Source: an uncultured Candidatus Saccharibacteria bacterium (lineage in GTDB: Bacteria > Patescibacteriota > Saccharimonadia > Saccharimonadales > UBA4665). From it: a stretch of DNA of 62,077 bases. This document shows, one piece after another, positions 1 to 8,425 of the stretch (positions are counted from its first letter, which is position 1; each line of letters opens with the position of its first letter). The position numbers were made by a program, and so were the translations under genes. The notes beneath the pieces are model-generated. The model did no database searches. It saw only the letters and a program-made list of their open reading frames with translations, and had not been told where the DNA came from. Where the stretch lies: positions 1 to 62,077 of the forward strand of contig CAZGPZ010000001.1 of assembly GCA_964527385.1 (NCBI GenBank), read 5' to 3'.

Positions 1-58
1 TACTTCGCTACAAGCTCCGTGCTTCAGTGTTTCGTTTTTGTAGAACAAAACCGTTTAC

Positions 59-391
59 TTAAGCTGCTGTTAGCTCGCCGCTGTCTCCAAGCGACTTGAG
101 CGCGCGCTGGCCCACTGACCGTGGTGAAATAGAACGCGCACCCCAGTACCCATCGTCGTCGTACCGTATCCAATCAGGCAGGTCATCCTCATCGTACAAG
201 TCCGATCCATTAATTGACCGGTCGGGCCAAACGTTGTCATATTCGTTCAGCGTGGGAACATCCTTGTAATAGTAGTTGCCGGCATCGTCGACTCCGACGT
301 AGCGGTCCCTATCGTAGTAGTAAGGTTCCCATTCCTCTGGGATATACCCGCGATCATATACGTACCCTATTCTATCGTTGTAGTCAGCCAT
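59..391 (-). CDS. hypothetical small acidic Asp/Tyr-rich protein (110 aa)
   Basis: Only coherent ORF here. The product has 19 Asp and 15 Tyr in 110 aa and no TM segment. No family recognised. Confidence 0.5.
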   Translation of the reverse strand: MADYNDRIGYVYDRGYIPEEWEPYYYDRDRYVGVDDAGNYYYKDVPTLNEYDNVWPDRSINGSDLYDEDDLPDWIRYDDDGYWGARSISPRSVGQRALKSLGDSGELTAA

Positions 392-572
392 TTCTGCTGT
401 CCTCCTAAGAGGCCAACGAATGCCGGCAAGATGTCCAACCTCTACGGTTTACGCCTTTGTAGCAACAATGTCAACTATATTTCAAAGCATTAGTATTAAT
501 GAAGCTCAACTTTCTTCCGGGATCAATAATAGGTTCGTGCCGGACGTGATGGTTGCTCTCAGCATACTAATA

Positions 573-590
573 TGTTATAATACAATTATG
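573..590 (+). promoter_or_regulatory. extended -10 promoter (TGT-TATAAT) 6 nt upstream of ATG 588; leaderless start
   Basis: TGTTATAAT at 573-581, 6-nt spacer acaatt, ATG at 588 in frame with ORF 420..1595. No SD. Confidence 0.5.
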
Positions 591-1595
591 GATCCTTCTC
601 ATTCTGGAGATGGTACGAAGCAGCCTCTAGAAGTGCTTACTGGCGAGCGAACCACGTCCCAAACAGCAAACGACCTCGATAATGGTCCCTATGCCTTTTG
701 GGGGCTCAGCCCCGAAGAAATAACACATCTCGGCAACGAAGACCGTCTAGGCTTTGAACGCCTTCACGGCCTTAGGCTACGGCAACGGGAAGAAATACTC
801 GCCCTGCCATCTGATGAGGTGGGCATAAACATGGATCGTGTTCGAAAGTGCTGGCAGCAAACGGGCATGCGCAGGAAAGAAATACGCGTGTTAGGCGAAG
901 ATGATTTTGACAAAGCACTCCGCATTACCAGGCATAAAGGAAGCCCAATCCCAGGGCTATCAGCACTATATCTGCCTGAGCAGGATGTGACTATTGTGCG
1001 ACGGAATCCTGAGCTCGAAAGATTGAACGGACCCTCAGTGACCGAGACTAGTATTATCCATGAATCTTGGCACGCCGCCGCAAAAAGCGAGGGTGCGCTT
1101 CCGGGAAATAATAATGATGCCCGCAGTTTAAGGTGGACGATGGGATTCAGTCGGGGGTACAACGATGGCACGGTCGAAGGACGCTTCCTAGAAGAAGGTG
1201 GGGCTGTCTTATACGAAGGAAGGTACGCCGGCCTGCTGCCACAGATCGAACGCCACTCTCCAAATAGATATGTTACGCTGGTTCCAGGCAAAGACGGTAC
1301 TGTTGAACAACACTTTGCTGATGGCATGTGGTGCGCGATGATATTCGAAGAACTTATTGCCATCGACCCAGATATCGACGAGCTGCTCCGATCGAGCCGT
1401 GACAGCACCGAGCAGATCCCCGAACTTGCCAACCATATTAACGCGATAGTTCCGGGCCTCTATGAGCTGCTTGATGCGTTCGACCCTTACAAACACAGGG
1501 GTGATACATCTGCATTTGCCCCATTCATAGATATCCATAGCAATCTGAGTTTTCTCAGGCTTGAGCTGGAACTAGATAGCTATCAGCAATACTAG
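588..1595 (+). CDS. hypothetical protein with HExxH (HESWH) metallopeptidase-like motif
   Basis: ORF 420..1595 trimmed to ATG 588; the region upstream is AT-rich and promoter-like. Motif IIHESWHAAAK. No other family signature recognised. Confidence 0.55.
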   Translation: MDPSHSGDGTKQPLEVLTGERTTSQTANDLDNGPYAFWGLSPEEITHLGNEDRLGFERLHGLRLRQREEILALPSDEVGINMDRVRKCWQQTGMRRKEIRVLGEDDFDKALRITRHKGSPIPGLSALYLPEQDVTIVRRNPELERLNGPSVTETSIIHESWHAAAKSEGALPGNNNDARSLRWTMGFSRGYNDGTVEGRFLEEGGAVLYEGRYAGLLPQIERHSPNRYVTLVPGKDGTVEQHFADGMWCAMIFEELIAIDPDIDELLRSSRDSTEQIPELANHINAIVPGLYELLDAFDPYKHRGDTSAFAPFIDIHSNLSFLRLELELDSYQQY

Positions 1596-1610
1596 TAGCA
1601 AGCGAACCGA

Positions 1611-2738
1611 TTATTCCCACTTGAACACTCTGAACGCGATGATGTAGATGACCACCACCCAGGCTGCCATGACCCCGAGCTGCGGGCCGAGGTCAATGAG
1701 GTGTTTGCCTTCGGTCGCGATGAGCCGGGCGCCATCAATGACAGGGGTCAACGGCATATAGAACGTGATGTTTTGGAGCCAATCCGGCATCGCGTAGCGC
1801 GGGAAGAACGTGCCGGAGAGGAACATCATCGGGAAGACAATGATGTTGGCCAGCGGCGCGACCTGGCGTTCGTTCTTCGCCCAGCCACCGAGCGCCAGGC
1901 CGATGCCGAGGATGGTGATGATGCCAAAAACTAGGAACGCGGCAAGCTCAAAGTAATTGCCAACAACCCTCAGCTGGAAAACCAGGATCGCGACGACAAA
2001 CATCAGCGCCAATGTCATCAGGCCGACCACTGCTTGCCCCAGCATCGTCGCTAGGAAATACTGCCAAACGCGGAGCGGCGTCGTATGCAGGCGGCGCAGG
2101 ATGCCCATCTTCTTCAGCTCGGGGAAGATATTCATCGGCCCGAAGATGCCCATGCCAAGGATCGCGAAGCCAAGCAAGCCCGTGAAGGTGTAGTCAAACC
2201 GCGATAGGCTGCGGGCGTTGGTTTGCTCGGTTTTCACCGTAAATGGTGTCTTGGTAGCTACTAGTTTGGCGTTGATTACCTGGAATTGGGCTTGCAGCAC
2301 CGTCGCCAATGTTTGCGCGGCTTGCTCGTTGTTCTGCGTGTAATGGACGACCGCTTGGCCGCTTGGTAGCAACTGGCCGGTTTTCATGGCGCCGAAATCG
2401 GCAGGCAACTCAATCGTCGCGTCCAGCTCGCCGCGCGACATTTTTTCGTCTGCCTGGCTAAATGTCGTGATACTTTTGTCGACTTTCAATATTTTCTGCC
2501 CTTTGGATTCGGCACTGGCAACAAATTGCGCCGCATAGGTCGTTTTTGCATGGTTGATAATCGCAATATTGAACGACGTGCTCTGGTTCTTACCAAATAT
2601 ACCACCAAAAATAAACAAGAAGATCAGCGGGAACATAAATGTCCAGAACAATGCCGTCCGGTCGCGGAAAACGCGCCGCAAATTGACGCGGAACATGACC
2701 CACACCGTAAAGAATTTTCGTTTCAAGCTCATAGTCAT
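1611..2738 (-). CDS. ABC-2 type transporter permease
   Basis: 375 aa with an N-terminal TM, a large extracytoplasmic loop and then 5 TM helices. 4-nt overlap with the upstream ATPase gene. Confidence 0.85.
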   Translation of the reverse strand: MTMSLKRKFFTVWVMFRVNLRRVFRDRTALFWTFMFPLIFLFIFGGIFGKNQSTSFNIAIINHAKTTYAAQFVASAESKGQKILKVDKSITTFSQADEKMSRGELDATIELPADFGAMKTGQLLPSGQAVVHYTQNNEQAAQTLATVLQAQFQVINAKLVATKTPFTVKTEQTNARSLSRFDYTFTGLLGFAILGMGIFGPMNIFPELKKMGILRRLHTTPLRVWQYFLATMLGQAVVGLMTLALMFVVAILVFQLRVVGNYFELAAFLVFGIITILGIGLALGGWAKNERQVAPLANIIVFPMMFLSGTFFPRYAMPDWLQNITFYMPLTPVIDGARLIATEGKHLIDLGPQLGVMAAWVVVIYIIAFRVFKWE

Positions 2739-3493
2739 CCCCGCAGCTCCTTTCCCGTCAGGTCGATAAAGACATCTTCCAGGTCCGCCTGCTCGACGTG
2801 CTGTTCTTTCTTGAAGCCCTTGGCAAGCAATTGTTTGATCAGTTTCTTCGGCGTGTCGAGCGCGACGATCTTGCCGCTATCCATGATGGCGACACGGTCG
2901 CAGAGTATCTCGGCCTCCTCCATGTAGTGGGTCGTCAGGATGACGCTGATACCGCGCTTGCGCACTTCTTCCACTAACTCCCAGAGATTGCGCCTTGCCT
3001 GCGGGTCAAGGCCAGTTGTCGGCTCGTCCAGGAAGAAAACTTTCGGGTTGTGAACTAACGCCGCGACGATGGAGAAACGCTGTTTTTGGCCGCCGGACAA
3101 GTTTTCAATATATGAATCGGCTTTGTCACCCAAGTTGACTTCATCGAGGAATTGCTTCGGGTTGACGCGCTCGCCGTAGCAAGCCGCGAACATTTGGATC
3201 AGCTCGGTCAGCTTGGTTTTGTCCTGGAAGCCAGGCGCCTGTGGTTGCACGCCGATCATTCCCCGGATCTTGTACGGCTCATTCGCGACGTCGATGCCAT
3301 CGATGGTCGCTGTGCCGCCGTCGATCGGCCGGAGCGTTTCGATCATCTCAAGCGTCGTAGTTTTTCCAGCGCCGTTCGGGCCTAAAATACCGAAAATCTC
3401 GCCCTTTTTGACCTCAAAGCTGATGCCGTCGACCGCTTTTAAGTCACCATAATTCTTCCGAAGGTTTTGCACCTTCAATATTGTATCTGTCAT
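2735..3493 (-). CDS. ABC transporter ATP-binding protein
   Basis: Walker A GPNGAGKTT, signature LSGGQKQR, Walker B FFLDEPTTGLD. Confidence 0.95.
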   Translation of the reverse strand: MTDTILKVQNLRKNYGDLKAVDGISFEVKKGEIFGILGPNGAGKTTTLEMIETLRPIDGGTATIDGIDVANEPYKIRGMIGVQPQAPGFQDKTKLTELIQMFAACYGERVNPKQFLDEVNLGDKADSYIENLSGGQKQRFSIVAALVHNPKVFFLDEPTTGLDPQARRNLWELVEEVRKRGISVILTTHYMEEAEILCDRVAIMDSGKIVALDTPKKLIKQLLAKGFKKEQHVEQADLEDVFIDLTGKELRG

Positions 3494-3542
3494 ATGGTAC
3501 TAGTATACCAAACGAGCAGTTAGTGATTAGCCGATTCTGTTC

Positions 3543-3610
3543 GTCACCCTCGGGTTTAACCCGGGGATCCAGACATTGATCACTGGATTCCCAATCTAGT
3601 TGGGAATGAC
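3543..3610. repeat. bipartite palindromic repeat element, copy a
   Basis: GTCACCCTCGGGTTTAACCCGGGGATCCAG, 10-nt spacer, CTGGATTCCCAATCTAGTTGGGAATGAC. The two hairpin units are inverted relative to each other. Same family as 40278, 42332 and 43036. Confidence 0.8.
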
Positions 3611-3626
3611 ATAAGCGGACAACCAA

Positions 3627-3660
3627 AAGAAAAACGCCCCGATCAGATCGGGACGCTTTT
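3627..3660 (-). terminator. intrinsic terminator downstream of the 64-aa gene
   Basis: Hairpin CGCCCCGAT-cag-ATCGGGACG (one mismatch) at 3635-3655. It is flanked by an A-run and a T-run, so there is a U-tract on the minus strand. Confidence 0.6.
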
Positions 3661-3680
3661 GGAGAGCTTGACCCGGGCGA

Positions 3681-3875
3681 TTAGCCGCGCTTGACGGTCA
3701 GGAAGCCGTTGCGTGGGTTTTCGTTGACGCTGAAGCCTGCTGGGAGGTCAGAGCCTTCCGGGCGTTGGTCCTTCGAAAAGTAGTAAATAGTTTGGACTTT
3801 GCCCCCGCGGAGCGTGACCTGCTTTGAGTTCAGGTAGTAAGTGACACCTTTTGAATTCGTGTGCTTGTATGCCAT
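3681..3875 (-). CDS. hypothetical small basic protein (64 aa)
   Basis: SD GAGGGAG upstream of the ATG, and a terminator downstream. Confidence 0.6.
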   Translation of the reverse strand: MAYKHTNSKGVTYYLNSKQVTLRGGKVQTIYYFSKDQRPEGSDLPAGFSVNENPRNGFLTVKRG

Positions 3876-4105
3876 GTTGGATTCTCCCTCTCTTAAATAT
3901 TAGGTGTACCCTAAAAATACTCTGAACGGATTTCCTTTGTCAACAGGGTATGCTGCTTTTGGTTTATTTCACCTCTGTTGACCGGTGTTAGAAATACACC
4001 TGGCTGGCAAGAAGGACCATAACCGTATTGCACCTAGGCCATGCCATGTACTACACTAAGAAACGTATTACTAGCACTAAATGTTAAGTGGGGAGAGAAA
4101 CGACC

Positions 4106-4741
4106 ATGGATTTCATGAACCGTATAACACCTAGCCAGCCACAGGCGGCACGGCCAGCCCCGCCAGAGTCGGTGGAACTTCCCCGGCATGACCATGGCGA
4201 AAAGCACCACGCCCCGAAGCATGATCTCTTGTCAGCAGGCATGCGCCTAGGAACGTATGTGCTGCTCGTTGTCGTCGCGCTTTTGGTCGCGGCAGTTGTA
4301 TGGTACATCTACACATCCTCCCCGGCATCGCAAGCCAAGTACGTTGACTCTGGCAAGCTCCAGGCAGTATTCCTCAATACTGGCCAAGTTTACTTCGGGG
4401 ACATCACGACGTTCAACAAAGATTACGTGGTCCTGGGCAATGTCTACTACTTGCAATCGTCCAACACGAACAATTCGAGCGCTTCCAGCTCGTCAAACCA
4501 GAACATCTCGCTCGTCAAGCTTGGTTGTGAGTTGCACATGCCGTATGACCAAATGGTAATCAACACTTCGCAAGTCACCTTCTGGGAGAACTTAAAGAGC
4601 GATGGCCAGGTCGCCAAGGCGGTCGCAACATTCGTGAAGCAGAACCCCAATGGCCAGACATGCAGCACCCAAAGCTCATCGAGCAACAATGCTGCGACCA
4701 ACCTCCAGAACTCCAGCAACGCCACCACGAACAAACAATAA
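4106..4741 (+). CDS. membrane-anchored hypothetical protein with Ser/Asn-rich segments
   Basis: ORF 4088..4741 trimmed to ATG 4106, preceded by the SD-like GGGGAGAG. One TM (LGTYVLLVVVALLVAAVVWYI). Confidence 0.6.
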   Translation: MDFMNRITPSQPQAARPAPPESVELPRHDHGEKHHAPKHDLLSAGMRLGTYVLLVVVALLVAAVVWYIYTSSPASQAKYVDSGKLQAVFLNTGQVYFGDITTFNKDYVVLGNVYYLQSSNTNNSSASSSSNQNISLVKLGCELHMPYDQMVINTSQVTFWENLKSDGQVAKAVATFVKQNPNGQTCSTQSSSSNNAATNLQNSSNATTNKQ

Positions 4742-4860
4742 TAGCTGGGGATGAAACTCCCCAGGCTAAAGCCTATGGTTTCTTGCTCCGTTTCCGTTGC
4801 CCGGGTAGCGACCGGAACCCCCGACCAAGGCCCAGGGTTTGTGCGCGCGCTAGCTAATCA

Positions 4861-4894
4861 ATACCCGCTTTCGCAAAAGGAAGCGGGTATTTTT
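4861..4894. terminator. intrinsic terminator hairpin between convergent genes
   Basis: ATACCCGCTT-10 nt-AAGCGGGTAT followed by TTTT on the + strand. It lies 20 nt past the stop of the minus-strand gene. Confidence 0.6.
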
Positions 4895-4910
4895 GTGTAG
4901 CCGTATGACA

Positions 4911-5516
4911 TCAGGCGGTTCTTGATCTCAGCCAACGGCCGCATAACCATAGGCCCAGGAATGAAACAGAACAAGCAGCAGCGCCTAGCAAACTCCAGCC
5001 TGCCAAGTCGGGAGACCACGCTGGGCTCAAGAAGGAAAACTTGTACAAACCGTCGGGAATGCCTGGCAGGGGCACGCCGTGATTCCGGATGTATTGCTGC
5101 ACGCACGGCACGCGGTTGTGCCCGGAGAAATCAGTCGGGTCGAGCTTTTCGCAATATGCCTGGGCACTAGAGTAAATTTTGCGGTTAGCGGCAGTTGCCT
5201 GCTCGCCCGCTTTTTGCACTGCCCGATCGTAAGTGTATTGCAACTGGATCGGCGGGTACGGCGCGTTCGGGCCGGTCGAGAGGTCGGTGTTCATATGTGA
5301 CGTCACATATACCTGCAAAGCTTGGAGCGCTTTTTGCGTGTCGCCGTTGTTTTTGTCGGCAGTGTAGACCGCCGCGCGCAAATTCGCCATTTGCAGGTTA
5401 TTATCCCTGAGCGCGATCACCCCGACCGACGTGAACACGCACGCCGCGAGCAAGAAATACCACGACCGCACGGGACGGATTTTCCGCCAAACATGATGCC
5501 AATACCGCTTATCCAT
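4911..5516 (-). CDS. hypothetical membrane protein (N- and C-terminal TM)
   Basis: 201 aa. TM near the N-terminus (WYFLLAACVFTSVGVIAL) and near the C-terminus. Confidence 0.6.
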   Translation of the reverse strand: MDKRYWHHVWRKIRPVRSWYFLLAACVFTSVGVIALRDNNLQMANLRAAVYTADKNNGDTQKALQALQVYVTSHMNTDLSTGPNAPYPPIQLQYTYDRAVQKAGEQATAANRKIYSSAQAYCEKLDPTDFSGHNRVPCVQQYIRNHGVPLPGIPDGLYKFSFLSPAWSPDLAGWSLLGAAACSVSFLGLWLCGRWLRSRTA

Positions 5517-5528
5517 ACATAAATTATA
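5514..5528 (-). promoter_or_regulatory. -10 box TATAAT 6 nt upstream of ATG 5516; leaderless start
   Basis: Minus strand reads gcTATAATttatgtATG. Confidence 0.5.
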
Positions 5529-5661
5529 GCTAATAATTGCTTAAAGCCTGTGGTTATAAGTACACAACCCCTATTACGGATGCATACACATGATCATTCT
5601 GCTGTCATTTGTGATAGTTTGGATCTTCGTGGCGCAAGATTACCGGTCATACGCTATAAGC

Positions 5662-5679
5662 TGTTAGACTAAGTTCATG
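5662..5679 (+). promoter_or_regulatory. extended -10 (TGT-TAGACT) 6 nt upstream of ATG 5677; leaderless start
   Basis: ctgTTAGACTaagttcATG, no SD. Confidence 0.45.
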
Positions 5680-6984
5680 CATATCTTCTTCTCCGGCATT
5701 GGCGGGACCGCCATCGGGCCGCTGGCGCTTATCGCTAAGGAAGCCGGGCATACGGTCTCCGGTTCCGACAAGCAAGACTCGCAGTACATCGGCTACCTTC
5801 GGGAGCACGGCGTCACCGATATCTATGTCGGCCAAACGTATGAGGCAATCAAGGTTTTGCACGGGCGCGACCCGATCGACTGGTTCGTCTACACGTCCGC
5901 GCTCCCGCTCGAACACCCCGAAGGAGCACCGGAGCTAAGGTTTTGCGCTGAACAGGATATCAAGGCGAGCCGGCGCGACGAACTGCTCAACTACATACTC
6001 AAGGAAAAAAACCTCAAGCTCATTGCTGCCGCTGGAACCCACGGCAAGACCACCACGACATCAATGATTGTCTGGTTGCTCATACAGCTCAAGGTACCCA
6101 CCAGCTATTCAGTCGGCGCCAAGATCTCCTTCGGGCATATGGGGTGGTACGAGCCGGGTAGCCAGTACTTCATCTACGAAGCTGACGAGTTCGACCGCAA
6201 CTTCTTGGCATTTGAACCATATCTGAGCATCATTAGCGGCGTATCGTGGGATCACCACGAGATCTTCCCGACGCGCGAAGATTACCAATCCGCCTTCCGT
6301 GAGTTCATCAGCCAAAGCAAACATACGGTCATCTGGCACGAGGACGCCGACTACCTTGGGCTCGACGAGAGCCGGCCGGACCTTCTCGTCCAGGATAGCA
6401 GCACGCTGGCTATAGAGGATTCTATTCGATTGGACGGCCATTATAACCGGCTCGATGCCTGGCTCGCCATTCAAGCCGTCCATCGGCTGACAGGCGCACC
6501 GGTAGAGACTCTTGTTAAGCATGCCAACCGCTTTCCCGGCTTGCAGCGCCGGATGGAACAGATTATCCCGAATCTTTACACGGATTACGCGCACACGCCC
6601 GACAAAGTCCGCGGCGCCATGAGCGTCGCGCTGGAGATCGCCGCCAAGCACAACCAGCCACTTGTCGTGCTGTACGAGCCGCTGACGAACCGGCGGCAAC
6701 ATTACATGAAGGACGATTACCAGGACTGTTTCGCCGGCGCCGAGAAAGTCTATTGGCTGCCGAGTTACCTGGCACGCGAGGATCCCAACCTTCGCATCTT
6801 GCCGCCGGAAGAGCTGATCAGCCACCTAACCGACCCCACTATTGCCCAACCCGCAGCAATCGGAAATGGATTGAAACATGCCATAAAGAAGTATCTGGAA
6901 AAGGGGGCCATGGTCGTCGGCATGGCCGGTGGCGGTGGCGGCAGTTTGGACGAGTGGCTGCGCAAGGAGTTCGCGCAACTATGA
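5677..6984 (+). CDS. murC: Mur ligase family protein (UDP-N-acetylmuramate--L-alanine ligase MurC / Mpl-like)
   Basis: N-terminal FFSGIGGTAIGPLALIAKEAGHTVSGSD Rossmann motif and P-loop AAGTHGKTTTTSM. 435 aa. Confidence 0.75.
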   Translation: MHIFFSGIGGTAIGPLALIAKEAGHTVSGSDKQDSQYIGYLREHGVTDIYVGQTYEAIKVLHGRDPIDWFVYTSALPLEHPEGAPELRFCAEQDIKASRRDELLNYILKEKNLKLIAAAGTHGKTTTTSMIVWLLIQLKVPTSYSVGAKISFGHMGWYEPGSQYFIYEADEFDRNFLAFEPYLSIISGVSWDHHEIFPTREDYQSAFREFISQSKHTVIWHEDADYLGLDESRPDLLVQDSSTLAIEDSIRLDGHYNRLDAWLAIQAVHRLTGAPVETLVKHANRFPGLQRRMEQIIPNLYTDYAHTPDKVRGAMSVALEIAAKHNQPLVVLYEPLTNRRQHYMKDDYQDCFAGAEKVYWLPSYLAREDPNLRILPPEELISHLTDPTIAQPAAIGNGLKHAIKKYLEKGAMVVGMAGGGGGSLDEWLRKEFAQL

Positions 6985-7187
6985 CCAAGCTAACCGCCTT
7001 GTACTTCGCGCACGAATTTGAACCGCCAGAAAAGTCGCGTCAGCCCGAATATATTAGCGAGCTGCGCCGCATCGCAGCGAACGCAGGCACAATCTTGATG
7101 GTCGCCTACAACTACCCGCCGGGGCATAGTGACGGAAAGCCTGTCAGACAGCATATGTACACGGACTTAATACCGATGAGCTCTTAA
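6981..7187 (+). CDS. hypothetical protein fragment, 5' part of a possibly frameshifted gene
   Basis: ATG 6981 overlaps the murC stop (ATGA). 68 codons. Confidence 0.4.
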   Translation: MTKLTALYFAHEFEPPEKSRQPEYISELRRIAANAGTILMVAYNYPPGHSDGKPVRQHMYTDLIPMSS

Positions 7188-7216
7188 AAGATCGCCGGGC
7201 GCGCGCTGCACAGTGG

Positions 7217-7492
7217 ATGGCAGCCACCGGGATAATCATCGACGAACGGCTGCCGGGCGAACGGAAACAGCAGATCATCGAACATGCGCTGCCCTTACGC
7301 ATACCCCTGCTATCCCTCACTGATACTGGACCGGAAACCAATCTGGCGACCGGTCAAGAGCATGAACTCGTGACCGTGTGGGCACTCCGGCGGAACGCTA
7401 GCCCCGATGAGATGCAATCAGTGCTAACCGATTTCTTGAACGCGAACGCCGTGCTTGTCCCGGTTGTCACCGATCCGGTCGAAACAGATTAG
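7217..7492 (+). CDS. hypothetical protein fragment, 3' part of a possibly frameshifted gene
   Basis: No SD. Its reading frame is already open from 7133 and overlaps the end of the previous ORF. Confidence 0.4.
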   Translation: MAATGIIIDERLPGERKQQIIEHALPLRIPLLSLTDTGPETNLATGQEHELVTVWALRRNASPDEMQSVLTDFLNANAVLVPVVTDPVETD

Positions 7493-7501
7493 CTGACGCT
7501 G

Positions 7502-7834
7502 CTAACGGTTATCGCCGGCGCCTTTTTGGACGCCGCGGGTTTTGCGGTCAGCTAGTTTCTTGAGGTTGTCTTGCATAATGCTATCGAACGAAACGCCCAA
7601 GCTGTGCGCCAGCATAGCAATGTACCAGACCACGTCGCCGAGTTCTTTGGTGAGTTCACGCAGATCGTCCTTGCTGACAACACCGTCCTTGTAGGCGACA
7701 ATTTTCTTCCATTTCTCAAGCACTTCGCCGGCTTCGCCGGAGATGCCCATCGCCCAGATAGTTTTGTCCATCAATGGGTCGGGATGGTGAATTGCCGTGG
7801 TAAGTGCCTGCTGCTGGTATTCGTCGAGTGTCAT
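7502..7834 (-). CDS. MazG-like nucleotide pyrophosphohydrolase
   Basis: 110 aa. EAGEVLEKWKK ... ELGDVVWY (ExxE...ExxD) all-alpha NTP-PPase signature. Confidence 0.8.
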   Translation of the reverse strand: MTLDEYQQQALTTAIHHPDPLMDKTIWAMGISGEAGEVLEKWKKIVAYKDGVVSKDDLRELTKELGDVVWYIAMLAHSLGVSFDSIMQDNLKKLADRKTRGVQKGAGDNR

Positions 7835-8406
7835 TACAATATTTCTCCTGTATTAGGGTCTATTTTTACCGCGCCCGGACGCAGGATTTCGACTGCATCA
7901 TCGATCATCCTGATAACTGTCGACGATTCCCTGCCGCTTAAATCGCCGCCGTCTTCATAGAAATCGACCGCGCCGTGGAAACACTGTTCGGCTTCGGCCA
8001 TGGTCGTTGCCGGGAGGTCGCCCGGTTGGTTGGCACTGCTAGTCAAGAGTGGCCCAGTGACACTCAGCAGGCCGCGCAAGGAATCATCTGCCGGGATGCG
8101 AACCGCTAAGCTCTGGACGCCTTGGTGCAAGTATTCCAGCTCCGGGCAGGGCACCACCACGCTGACCGCGCCGGGCCAATAGCGCTCAACTGCTTGCAGG
8201 TACCGTCGTTTGAAGCCCAACTCAACCAGTTGGTCGATGTCCGCGGCAATCATCGTGCCTGGTTTGTGCTCGCGGTGCTTGAGCCAATACAGCCGGGTCA
8301 CTGCATCTTTGTCAGCTGCCCGCGCGACAATGCCGTACACCGTGTCGGTCGGAATCACCCCGACGCCGCTCGGCTGCGTAAGTAGTCGTTTAGCCGTCTC
8401 GAACAT
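7834..8406 (-). CDS. tsaC: L-threonylcarbamoyladenylate synthase (YrdC/TsaC family)
   Basis: VIPTDTVYGIVARA, KPGTMIAA and TSSANQPG motifs typical of the YrdC domain. Confidence 0.85.
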   Translation of the reverse strand: MFETAKRLLTQPSGVGVIPTDTVYGIVARAADKDAVTRLYWLKHREHKPGTMIAADIDQLVELGFKRRYLQAVERYWPGAVSVVVPCPELEYLHQGVQSLAVRIPADDSLRGLLSVTGPLLTSSANQPGDLPATTMAEAEQCFHGAVDFYEDGGDLSGRESSTVIRMIDDAVEILRPGAVKIDPNTGEIL

Positions 8407-8425
8407 CCACTACTCCTATGACTAG

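Noticed and set aside
764-1432. Long antisense or alternative-frame ORFs in the GC-rich part, for example 764..1432, 6109..6825, 13385..14146, 13485..14141, 22185..22844, 33747..34424, 35764..36513 and 45393..46082.
   Set aside because: Each lies entirely inside a longer ORF on the other strand or frame that has clear family motifs. Their products are Arg/Pro/Ala/Ser-rich low-complexity sequence, typical of shadow ORFs in GC-rich DNA.
3444-3626. Short ORFs spanning the palindromic repeats: 3444..3626, 40169..40378 and 42988..43239.
   Set aside because: They read straight through the hairpin units (giving SFP..GIQ-type peptides), have no start signals, and exist only because of the repeat. 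They are treated as repeat artefacts.
4812-4831. SRP-RNA-like CCGGAA...CCAAGGC spacing in the 4742-4860 intergenic region.
   Set aside because: The flanking bases cannot close a GGAA tetraloop helix (CC-GGAA-CC), and no extended helix-8-like pairing is present on either strand.
6981-6984. Alternative genetic code (UGA recoding), as in some CPR lineages.
   Set aside because: TGA terminates well-defined genes in ATGA overlaps (murC at 6982-6984, the DUF4430-like gene at 31942-31944, manB/rfbB and rfbD/nudix). Known proteins such as glmS and the rfb genes have no internal TGA. This indicates the standard code 11.
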